IMG/VR virus record: IMGVR_UViG_3300029237_000047
Direction: 5' to 3' (one strand)
From: a virus
Length of the DNA: 16,122 nt
The position numbers and the translations under genes are program-made. The notes under the pieces were generated by a model. The model saw only the letters and a program-made list of their open reading frames with translations. It made no database searches and had not been told where the DNA came from. Positions 7,244 to 14,398 of this stretch are shown one piece after another (positions within the stretch are counted from its first letter, which is position 1; every line of letters starts with the position of its first letter).

Positions 7244-8914
7244 TTACTTTTGATTGTTTCCGTATGTTCCCACATTGTTTTTGTCATGCCACAACGTAAA
7301 GCCGTTTATAAACATATTTCGTAATGGCTGCAAAAATTCGTTCGGTATGCTTCCATAAACATTTACATTATTACATTTAATGTAATTATAACGCGGTCTA
7401 CTGTTTAAGTTCGGTACACCAAAACGACTGACCTTATACCCGTAAACATCAAAAAACTGTTCAATCTTTTCTGCAAACTCCGGTTTTACTGTCCACCACC
7501 TGTACAAAATTTCCAGTTTCTTTGAAGCAATAAACGTTGCAAGTCCTCCACCGCTTGCACCTGTAAGGCTAACGTTTGTTTGCATCTGTCCAATGCGTTG
7601 TCTGTCCCTTTCGGAACTTTGCAATTCAGACCTTACATTTTTGTAAGCATCTATTCCGGTGGAAAGCACATTCAACGGGTCTCCGGTAAATACAGCTTGC
7701 GCCACATTTCCAACCGTGTCCCAGAAAATATTCGATCGGTTTTGTGAATGCACGAGAGTGTTTGTAGCTTCTGCCTGTGCGGTCTGTAAAGGGTATGTGT
7801 TATTCTGTACCGGGAAGCACGGAAAACCGCTTATATTGTTTGCGTTTAAGAGGAAATCCGATTCCGCACCACAATAGTTTTCCGTGTATAGATATAAGTT
7901 TGGAGCTGGAATAAGCGTGCCAACTACTTTCACAGACGGTATGCCGTCTGGTAAAAATTCTGGCTTTAATACGGTTCTCGCTCCATTCGGTAGCACTACC
8001 TCAATAAAAGAAAATTGTGACGTGTACATTTTTTTATTTTTATATGCCGGGAATTTCGATAGCCAGGCTGCAAGCACACCACCCACGGGAATTACAGACG
8101 GCGCAGAACTATCTGCAATTACACCAACCGAAAATCCCATAGCTGACTGCTCCACGGTTACTGCTCCACCTATATTATAGGGTGTCACGGCGTAAATTGC
8201 CAATATGCTTTGTGATACCCATGGAAACGCGGAAAGTGAATCCATTACAGATACAATGGAACTAGTTCCACGCCTAGGACTTACTAAGTACGCTCTAGCA
8301 CCGGACGGCAAACCAGCATACATTCCGCCTTTCGCTCCTGTGACTTTTGGCTCTTCCAGTGTGCCGGGGTCGGCTAGAATGTCTATTGCGGAAATAATAA
8401 CGAATTGATAATCTGTATCCTCATCCAGTATGTCAAGATCAAAGGTTTCTTCATGTGCGATAACATAATCCCCAACATCAACAGGCTCTTGTACTGTGTT
8501 TGTTTTAAAATCATCATTCGCAACATGCTCCCGGCTGATGTCACAGTCTCTTATAACCATGTCAAACAAAAACGTCTGGTATACGTCTATTTCAAAATTC
8601 AATAACGACGTTTCCGGGTTGATATAAATAACCTGTGTTACAAAAGCATAATACCATTTCCCGCTTGCCTGATTTTTAAAACATAAGTAACACGCGTTAC
8701 CTATTTCCTCCGCGTTTACCGGGACTTTTACACCACGATGCTCCCGGATGTATTTAAAATCATTAAAAATTCGAATTGCTTTTGAACGAAAATAATTATA
8801 TTGTTCGTTCTTATCTGCAAAAGATAGCTGCCGAACCTGTGAAGCGTCAAGAGGAACGTCTGCGCATATCATCAATTCATTCGATTGCATTGCGTATACT
8901 GTTTCTAGTGCCAC
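7244..8914 (-). CDS. Tail knob / distal tube protein (phi29 gp9-like), 556 aa, GTG start
   Basis: KWYYAFVT, FEIDVYQTFLFD and REHV near the N-terminus, and FFDVYGYKVSRFGVPNLNSR...NGFTLWH near the C-terminus, parallel my recollection of phi29 gp9 (KWFYAFVT, FEIDVLQTWMFD, REHV, FFHKYGYKINRVKKPNLRTR, NGITLWH). The GTG start at 8914 is preceded by AAAGGAGG at 7-nt spacing. Confidence 0.85.
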   Translation of the reverse strand: MALETVYAMQSNELMICADVPLDASQVRQLSFADKNEQYNYFRSKAIRIFNDFKYIREHRGVKVPVNAEEIGNACYLCFKNQASGKWYYAFVTQVIYINPETSLLNFEIDVYQTFLFDMVIRDCDISREHVANDDFKTNTVQEPVDVGDYVIAHEETFDLDILDEDTDYQFVIISAIDILADPGTLEEPKVTGAKGGMYAGLPSGARAYLVSPRRGTSSIVSVMDSLSAFPWVSQSILAIYAVTPYNIGGAVTVEQSAMGFSVGVIADSSAPSVIPVGGVLAAWLSKFPAYKNKKMYTSQFSFIEVVLPNGARTVLKPEFLPDGIPSVKVVGTLIPAPNLYLYTENYCGAESDFLLNANNISGFPCFPVQNNTYPLQTAQAEATNTLVHSQNRSNIFWDTVGNVAQAVFTGDPLNVLSTGIDAYKNVRSELQSSERDRQRIGQMQTNVSLTGASGGGLATFIASKKLEILYRWWTVKPEFAEKIEQFFDVYGYKVSRFGVPNLNSRPRYNYIKCNNVNVYGSIPNEFLQPLRNMFINGFTLWHDKNNVGTYGNNQK

Positions 8915-8931
8915 TTTTAAACCTCCTTTTG

Positions 8932-8955
8932 AAAAAAGGGAACGTTTCCGTTCCC
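8932..8955 (-). terminator. Intrinsic terminator or attenuator just after the capsid gene
   Basis: The minus strand reads GGGAACG-GAAA-CGTTCCC followed by TTTTTTC, starting 14 nt after the capsid stop at 8969. The SD of the next gene follows directly. Confidence 0.8.
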
Positions 8956-8968
8956 TTTTATAAAATCT

Positions 8969-10255
8969 TTAGCCTGTGATTGTCACAGCTTTTGTTGCCT
9001 GCACGTTTGTCTGTCCTGCTACAACTGCTTTAAGCGTTAATGTTTTAGCCGTTTCGTTGGGGCTTACTTCAATTGTTGCACTCTTGCTATCGCTTGCAAC
9101 AATCCTTGTGCTGGTAGCATTCGCACCCTCTAAGGAAAAAATCACTCCGCCATTAACAGGGGTGGTAGCTGCTGTGTATTTACTCTGTGCGCCTTTTGCA
9201 ATTGACTCCGCGCCTGTGATCGTCACAGCTGTGTAGCTCTGAACCTGATCTGTGGTAAGTGCAACTGCATTGTGAAATGGGCTGGTAAAGTAGATCTGCC
9301 ATACGTGTAACCAGTAATTCCAGTACAGCTTTTCACCGTTAAAAAACTCTGATGTTTCAAATAGCTGATCGTAGATATTTAGCCACTCGTCATCCGCGAC
9401 AATTGCAACAATTTCCGGATGATTAGGAATTTCCGGGATGACTGTGATTCTTCCCAGAATCTGCGCTTCGTCCATATGGAACGCATAGGCTAGTGCCTGT
9501 ACCGAGGTTACGGCATCCGCTTTAGGTGTAATAAATACACGCTGGCTTTCTCTGGCTGTCGTATTTAAAACACCTGCTGCGTTGTAGTTTTCAGACGGGA
9601 ATAACAGGTTATTTGAAACTACACGCATTGTTGTAAGAAAATCTTTTGCGGTCTGCTCGTCAATCGGGTCTGTCACATGTACGAGCTTGACAAAACCGTT
9701 ATCAAGAGCGGACGCGATTGCACCCATCGCATACAGCATTTCGGAAACTTCGTTTCCGGTGTACATACTGTCAATCACGCGATCAACAAAGTTCCCCAGC
9801 CCCTGCTCACTGTAAAATGCACTCCGCAGCATTTCACGGTTCACGGTCTTTTTAAAAAACTCCTCACGGTTTCTGTTCATAAAAGCAACTGCAATATCAG
9901 GTTTTTCCTGCTTTAACATTGCCCACGGGTCAGTATCCGAGCAGAACGAGTGAGCAGCTGCGATCTTTACCCACACGCTTTCAATGGTTTCCCCGTACTC
10001 AAGCATGCCCCTTTTCGCGAACGCGAACGGAGAAGTAAAATACATTTTGTCGATCTTCTGTAACGCCCAGACATTTACAAGCTGGTTCATGAAACGGTTC
10101 ATGATCGGCTGGTATTGCATCATGACCGAACCGAATTCTTTGATGTTTGTATTTGTAACTTCGGGAAGTAAACCCTCCCATTCTGTACCTTTTAAGCTGT
10201 CTTTAAAGCTCTGTAATGCTAAAGGTACATTTTTTAAAACTCCTTTTACTGCCAT
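8969..10255 (-). CDS. Major capsid protein (phi29 gp8-like) with a C-terminal Ig-like (Big_2-type) domain, 428 aa
   Basis: LYWNYWLHVWQIYFTSPFHNAVAL parallels my recollection of phi29 gp8 ([24 protein letters not shown]). The C-terminal 85 aa (VTITGAESIAKGAQSKYTA...TLKAVVAGQ...ATKAVTITG) look like a bacterial Ig-like fold. SD is AAAGGAGG. Confidence 0.9.
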   Translation of the reverse strand: MAVKGVLKNVPLALQSFKDSLKGTEWEGLLPEVTNTNIKEFGSVMMQYQPIMNRFMNQLVNVWALQKIDKMYFTSPFAFAKRGMLEYGETIESVWVKIAAAHSFCSDTDPWAMLKQEKPDIAVAFMNRNREEFFKKTVNREMLRSAFYSEQGLGNFVDRVIDSMYTGNEVSEMLYAMGAIASALDNGFVKLVHVTDPIDEQTAKDFLTTMRVVSNNLLFPSENYNAAGVLNTTARESQRVFITPKADAVTSVQALAYAFHMDEAQILGRITVIPEIPNHPEIVAIVADDEWLNIYDQLFETSEFFNGEKLYWNYWLHVWQIYFTSPFHNAVALTTDQVQSYTAVTITGAESIAKGAQSKYTAATTPVNGGVIFSLEGANATSTRIVASDSKSATIEVSPNETAKTLTLKAVVAGQTNVQATKAVTITG

Positions 10256-10269
10256 TTTTTACCTCCTTT

Positions 10270-10527
10270 TTACAGATCAAGGAAATCTTCTGTTTTGATT
10301 TCCTCTTTTTCCTCCACTTCTTCTTTGCTCTTTTCTTTTTCCGAACCGGAAAGAAAAGCGTCTGCATACTGTTTTTTCACATCTGCCACCTCTGTTTCCA
10401 GACGGTCGTTCTCGTCTGCAATCTCCGCAATCAAATTTAAAATTGCGGATTCATCCAGCGCACCCTCTTCCGGTGCATCAATCCGCGCAATCATGCGCGC
10501 TTTAGAAATCAGATCTTCTCTTTTCAT
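10270..10527 (-). CDS. Scaffolding protein (phi29 gp7-like), 85 aa from the internal ATG
   Basis: It is a small acidic helical protein directly upstream of the capsid gene. The C-terminus EIKTEDFLDL resembles the gp7 end ITIEDLEAK. I place the start at ATG 10527 after GGGAGAAAGGA. The ORF-track start at 10602 is a TTG inside the structured leader. Confidence 0.75.
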   Translation of the reverse strand: MKREDLISKARMIARIDAPEEGALDESAILNLIAEIADENDRLETEVADVKKQYADAFLSGSEKEKSKEEVEEKEEIKTEDFLDL

Positions 10528-10562
10528 TTTTTCCTTTCTCCCGTGTGCGGTTTTTATAAGTA

Positions 10563-10652
10563 AGGGAAAACACGCGCATAATCCGATGCGCCACACAGAC
10601 AAGCCGAATTTACACGGGGATTTCCTGTCTATGCTGTAAGTTCTCCCTCTAT
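10563..10652 (-). ncRNA. Structured RNA at the 5' end of the late transcript: three-way junction with complementary bulge and loop (pRNA-like candidate or regulatory leader)
   Basis: Hand folding of the minus strand gives three helices. P1 is 10648-10640 with 10571-10563 (9 bp). P2 is 10633-10624 with 10603-10594 (10 bp), then a bulge AAAUCC and CCG/CGG. P3 is 10591-10586 with 10579-10574 (6 bp) and loop CGGAUU. Bulge AAUCC is complementary to loop GGAUU. The element begins about 4 nt after the predicted transcription start. Confidence 0.45.
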
Positions 10653-10658
10653 GGTTTT

Positions 10659-10687
10659 ATTATAGCTTCCTTTTGTACCGATGTCAA
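10659..10687 (-). promoter_or_regulatory. Late promoter, perfect sigma-A consensus
   Basis: On the minus strand: TTGACA (10687-10682), exactly 17 nt, then TATAAT (10664-10659). The ATPase TGA stop codon (10686-10684) lies inside the -35 hexamer. Confidence 0.85.
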
Positions 10688-11733
10688 CCCCTAATTCCTA
10701 AAAAATCCATACCTATATTCTTACATTCCTGCGATTCAAAACGAAAATTCCCGGCATTAAATTGCTTTCTGCACATCGACACTTGCGCAGATATCGCACC
10801 TGTCAAGCATGTGTTTTCGTCATGGTCTTTTGTGGATATTGCGAACAATCTGTGAAAATTTCTGTCCGCTTTTAACGATATATAATATCTTCCATTTTGT
10901 AGCATCCACAGCCCATAAAAAATACCGTTATGCTTTATTGTCATTAAATACCTTGCACCCGCAAGATTTTGTTTTGCAATAAATTGTACATTATCAAGCA
11001 AAAAGATATTGTCAATGCTATAATTAAAATAATCAGAATCGGAAAAAGCGCGATAAAATCCACTTTGTTGCTTTTCCTCTGCTACATATCTATTTCTGTA
11101 AACCTCCATCACCCAGCCATGCCCGCGCATAAAATGAATACCGGATTGCCAACGTTTATGAATCCCCAATGCGACAAAATACGGGTTCAAAAGGGATACC
11201 ATGTTACTAACTAAAAAATAAGTAAGTTTTCGCGTTAATTGTTCAAAACCTCTTCCAACTGCGTCATTGATTGCAAAAAACTTCGTGATCTCATCTGTGC
11301 AATAGTCGCCCGTTTCACTTTGGAACTCGTCTAGAAAAATATTGTCGGCATCGTTGAAAAACGTAGATATTCGCTTTACTTTATCGACCATACTTAGCGC
11401 AATCACATATCCGCAAGATATTTCAAAAGCTTCTGTTTTTATGAAAACTTCTGCAAACTTGCCAGAACCGCTTGACACAGAATATAAATCAGTGTTCGGA
11501 AATTTATTTTTTACATCCGCCCAAAATGCGGGAATGTAACTATTTAATTCATCTTTTTTTCGAACTAGACAGATAAATTTTTTACTTTTATGCAAAAATT
11601 CATTTATTAAATATTCTTTAACGGCAAAAGATTTTCCTCCACCCTTTGAACCTGTTATAATAAAAATATCAGGCGTGTTTCCGTCAAGGTCTTTTGTTTT
11701 TAATATATTGTCTAACCTGTAATGCTTCTCCAT
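10684..11733 (-). CDS. DNA encapsidation ATPase (phi29 gp16-like), 349 aa from ATG 11733
   Basis: Walker A is FIITGSKGGGKS and Walker B is IFLDEF. LVSNMVSLLNPYF and GNFRFESQECKNI parallel my recollection of gp16 (CLSNAVSVVNPYF; GYLRFDNQVIRNI). ATG 11733 follows GGAAAGGGG. The track start at 11748 is a TTG. Confidence 0.9.
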   Translation of the reverse strand: MEKHYRLDNILKTKDLDGNTPDIFIITGSKGGGKSFAVKEYLINEFLHKSKKFICLVRKKDELNSYIPAFWADVKNKFPNTDLYSVSSGSGKFAEVFIKTEAFEISCGYVIALSMVDKVKRISTFFNDADNIFLDEFQSETGDYCTDEITKFFAINDAVGRGFEQLTRKLTYFLVSNMVSLLNPYFVALGIHKRWQSGIHFMRGHGWVMEVYRNRYVAEEKQQSGFYRAFSDSDYFNYSIDNIFLLDNVQFIAKQNLAGARYLMTIKHNGIFYGLWMLQNGRYYISLKADRNFHRLFAISTKDHDENTCLTGAISAQVSMCRKQFNAGNFRFESQECKNIGMDFLGIRG

Positions 11734-11748
11734 GCTACCCCTTTCCAA

Positions 11749-11779
11749 TAAAAAAGAGGAACTGCTGTTCCTCTTTTTT
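11749..11779 (-). terminator. Intrinsic terminator ending the replication-gene unit
   Basis: The minus strand reads AGAGGAAC-AGCA-GTTCCTCT followed by TTTTTTATT (core stem 11774-11755). It starts 12-17 nt after the stop at 11791. A and T runs on both sides make it potentially bidirectional. Confidence 0.8.
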
Positions 11780-11790
11780 ATGCTGCCCTG

Positions 11791-12126
11791 TCAAACAAGA
11801 ACAAGCGTTAAAAATTCATTTTTATTATTCGACTTGCGATATTCCGCCCTCAATGTGAGCGGATTGTCTGCGGTCGGCGCTCCAACAAACTGTTCAAGCG
11901 TCTGGATGCAATCTGCGACTGTAGGAGAGAGGGTTGTAATGCAGCGCCCGTCCTCAAGTACAAACCCAGTGCATACACATGCGTCTCCGGTAGCTTTTCT
12001 AGTGGTTTCCCACTGCGCCACCCCTACAACTGTCATATCTTCCCCTACGTGATCTGTTAAACCCTCGCTGTTCTGGGAAAGGCTGTACAGCTGCTTTTTG
12101 TCGGTTACTGTGTTAATTAAACTCAT
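11791..12126 (-). CDS. Putative single-stranded DNA-binding protein (phi29 p5-like), 111 aa
   Basis: The start at ATG 12126 follows AAGGAG. VGVAQW...TGDA...EDGRCITTLSPTVADCIQTLEQFV and the C-terminal FLTLVLV parallel my recollection of phi29 p5 (AIAQY...YGDA...ADGSLYSAISKTVAEAASDLIDLV; FFSLQLSL). The similarity was judged by eye only. Confidence 0.5.
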   Translation of the reverse strand: MSLINTVTDKKQLYSLSQNSEGLTDHVGEDMTVVGVAQWETTRKATGDACVCTGFVLEDGRCITTLSPTVADCIQTLEQFVGAPTADNPLTLRAEYRKSNNKNEFLTLVLV

Positions 12127-12142
12127 GGTAAAATCTCCTTTT

Positions 12143-12442
12143 TTATTCTGCTTTTTCTGCTTCGTCAACTGTTACAACTTCGGAATACTTCAAAAAATCT
12201 TCGACGCTTAAACGTCTCAGCTCTTCTCTGTATTCAGTGTTCACACAAAACAACCCTTTTTCATCAGGGTATGCTTTTATGATCTCCCTTGTGATTGCCG
12301 TGTTAGAACTTACTCTAACTGGAACAATGATGTCAGGAAAGGCTGTTAACTGTCCATCTGCAAACTGTGCTACCTTAATAACGGTAGTAGTCACAGTACG
12401 TGTGAAAAAACGTGTTCTTGCGTCTCCGTCTCCTTTTCTCAT
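12143..12442 (-). CDS. Putative histone-like dsDNA-binding protein (phi29 p6-like), 99 aa
   Basis: TRTVTTTVIKVAQFADG, then LSVEDFLKYSEVVTV and an acidic tail DEAEKAE, parallel my recollection of phi29 p6 (EITKTTVNVAKMVMVDG; LPVEKFLEVATV followed by an acidic tail). SD is AAAGGAG. Judged by eye only. Confidence 0.45.
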   Translation of the reverse strand: MRKGDGDARTRFFTRTVTTTVIKVAQFADGQLTAFPDIIVPVRVSSNTAITREIIKAYPDEKGLFCVNTEYREELRRLSVEDFLKYSEVVTVDEAEKAE

Positions 12443-12487
12443 TTTACTGCTCCTTTCTTTTTTGTGTTTTATTTTTATTACATTATT

Positions 12488-12516
12488 ATAGTATCACAAA
12501 CTACGTAAAACGTCAA
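12488..12516 (-). promoter_or_regulatory. Internal promoter for the p6-like and p5-like genes
   Basis: On the minus strand: TTGACG (12516-12511), a 17-nt spacer ending in TGa, then TACTAT (12493-12488). An overlapping TATAAT (12490-12485) would need a 20-nt spacer. The polymerase TGA stop (12515-12513) lies inside the -35. Confidence 0.55.
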
Positions 12517-14363
12517 CACCTTTTTGCACGTAAAGTGTAAAAATCTTCAACCAACACCATCCCGCCGCTTATATATTTTGGTTTTAATTTACCTCCCACT
12601 TTTAAGCCGATCTTAAAATCCGTTATCGGGTGCGTTGCCAAAAACAGATTTTTTGATTTTTCCGGCATCCCCGCACACTTTATTTCCCAGTGTCCCGATA
12701 CCTTTTTGCCGTCCTCTTTTTGCACAAACTCAGCATAGGTCTTTTGTCTTATAAATATAGCGCTAGACCAATCACTTTCCCGCTTCCAGTGCAATAGCTC
12801 TGTAGCGTGTTCTTTTATCATTTTTACTGGCTTCCCATCGTCGAGCATATGAATAGAATCTGTGTCACTGTATACAAAGTTTTCATAATTCGCCTGCGCA
12901 TGCGTTATAGTAAAATATCGCGCGTATGCTGTCACTGCTGCCCCTGCTGCAATATATAGCGTGTCTTTTTCATGCTCCGGGTGCAATTCGAATCCTATGG
13001 AATCTGTTTCAGGGTCGATGAACGGCTCACGGTAAGAACTGTTATCATTTATAGCAAGCCGTCCGTATAGATTATTCAGAAACAATTTTGCTTCCGTGCG
13101 TTCTCCCTTGTCTTTTGTAGTCATTTTAATTTTCATGTAGTGGTTTATATAAGTGTCAAACAGACCGATTGCACCATGAAAATAACAACCATCTAAAATT
13201 TCTAAGTCATATACTTCATAGTGTTCCAATAAAAGGATATAGTCAGTCATAAAAAGGGTTAGTTCCGGTTTTGCTTCTTCTGTTTGTCCCTCTTTGTTTG
13301 TAAAATATCTATAATATTTCCCGCGGTAATAGATATCAGATGTTTCTAGCCATTGAGTAGAGTTATACCGATAATCTCCTTTAATTTGTACTGTGGGAAG
13401 AAACCCGTCTTTCAGCTTAAAACGGCAGCGCACCCGCACATAGAACGGATAAACGCTTGTCTCTAAGCATTTATAGGGTATTTCTTTTTCAAAAAATATT
13501 GGCTTGCCTGTTGGATAATAATTACCGCTTTTACTGTGCATAACACTAGGGTATAGAGAATTAACATCAAAAGTCATGCCATTCTGCGTGACGTGTTTTC
13601 TTTGTTTGTATTTGTAATAGCAATAACCGCCTTTATAAGCTTTACGGATATATTCATCAACATTATCGCTCCCACGCTCATATTTTATTAACGATATGTC
13701 TTTTAAGTTCGGAAAAGCTGCTTTAAAGTCCATAGCATCAAATTTGTTTTTGAACTCGTCCATGCAGCACGAACCTATAGTCAATTTGTCGTGTCCGTTT
13801 TTTATCATAACTTCCAGTGCTTCCTTTAGCACATAGATGTCATTGATAATATAAGCATATTCTTCCGGTGTTATTTCACAGTTTGCGTGTCGCAGTCCTA
13901 TATATTCCATTTCCAGTTTTCTATGCTGCGTATTAAATGCAGAGCCAATTTGAGCCAATGTCATCGGCATAAGTTTAACACTGTCCCTAAACTCAATCAC
14001 TGTATCAAATTTTGGTTTAACTGTTACGGTATACCATTTATTTGTATCGGATATCAGCGCCTTGAACTCTTTAGCGTTCATATCTTTATTTCGTGCATTG
14101 TTCCACGTATACCCGTTCTTCAATAACCAGTACACAATAAAAGCCCCGTCAAAACGCAGATTGTGAAAATAGCATAAAACATTTTTGTTCAAATTAAAAA
14201 TATCGTTCAAAAAATCTTCTATGTTGCCGCGCAAGTGTGGTTGCTCTGTAAATAATTCTATCCATGCAGCGCTCCAAACTTCGGTTGATGTCTGCCCGGC
14301 ATATACAGTTGTTTCAAAATCTGCCGCTATTATAACGGGTTTTTTCGTTGATTTTTTTGACAT
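12513..14363 (-). CDS. Protein-primed family-B DNA polymerase (phi29 gp2-like), 616 aa
   Basis: Exo I is AADFETT, Exo II is YFHNLRFDG and Exo III is YIINDIYVLKEA. Motif A is DVNSLYPSVM, motif B is KLFLNNLYGRLA and motif C is VYSDTDSIH. The KxY motif is IRQKTYAEF. Confidence 0.95.
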   Translation of the reverse strand: MSKKSTKKPVIIAADFETTVYAGQTSTEVWSAAWIELFTEQPHLRGNIEDFLNDIFNLNKNVLCYFHNLRFDGAFIVYWLLKNGYTWNNARNKDMNAKEFKALISDTNKWYTVTVKPKFDTVIEFRDSVKLMPMTLAQIGSAFNTQHRKLEMEYIGLRHANCEITPEEYAYIINDIYVLKEALEVMIKNGHDKLTIGSCCMDEFKNKFDAMDFKAAFPNLKDISLIKYERGSDNVDEYIRKAYKGGYCYYKYKQRKHVTQNGMTFDVNSLYPSVMHSKSGNYYPTGKPIFFEKEIPYKCLETSVYPFYVRVRCRFKLKDGFLPTVQIKGDYRYNSTQWLETSDIYYRGKYYRYFTNKEGQTEEAKPELTLFMTDYILLLEHYEVYDLEILDGCYFHGAIGLFDTYINHYMKIKMTTKDKGERTEAKLFLNNLYGRLAINDNSSYREPFIDPETDSIGFELHPEHEKDTLYIAAGAAVTAYARYFTITHAQANYENFVYSDTDSIHMLDDGKPVKMIKEHATELLHWKRESDWSSAIFIRQKTYAEFVQKEDGKKVSGHWEIKCAGMPEKSKNLFLATHPITDFKIGLKVGGKLKPKYISGGMVLVEDFYTLRAKRC

Positions 14364-14398
14364 TGTGAAACCTCTCAGAATGTTTCACGTGAAACATT
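14364..14398. promoter_or_regulatory. Perfect 20-bp palindrome plus a third half-site at the terminal-protein/polymerase junction
   Basis: AATGTTTCAC|GTGAAACATT spans 14379-14398, overlapping the terminal protein (TP) stop codon. An extra GTGAAAC sits at 14365-14371, next to the polymerase ATG. On the mRNA two mutually exclusive hairpins share GUGAAAC, and one of them encloses the polymerase SD GAGAGG. Confidence 0.6.

Noticed and set aside
10528-10602. N-terminal extension of the scaffold ORF (MSVWRIGLCACFPLLIKTAHGRKEK...) as given in the ORF track
   Set aside because: The start is a TTG with no SD. The encoded peptide is unlike the acidic helical scaffold. An ATG at 10527 has a purine-rich SD, and the extension coincides with the structured RNA helices.
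11789-11794. TTGACA upstream of the ATPase gene as its promoter. Other isolated TTGACA hexamers on the minus strand were considered too, for example near 1191, 3901, 4161, 8431 and 11011.
   Set aside because: No acceptable -10 hexamer lies at 16-18 nt. Such hexamers are expected by chance several times in 16 kb of AT-rich DNA.
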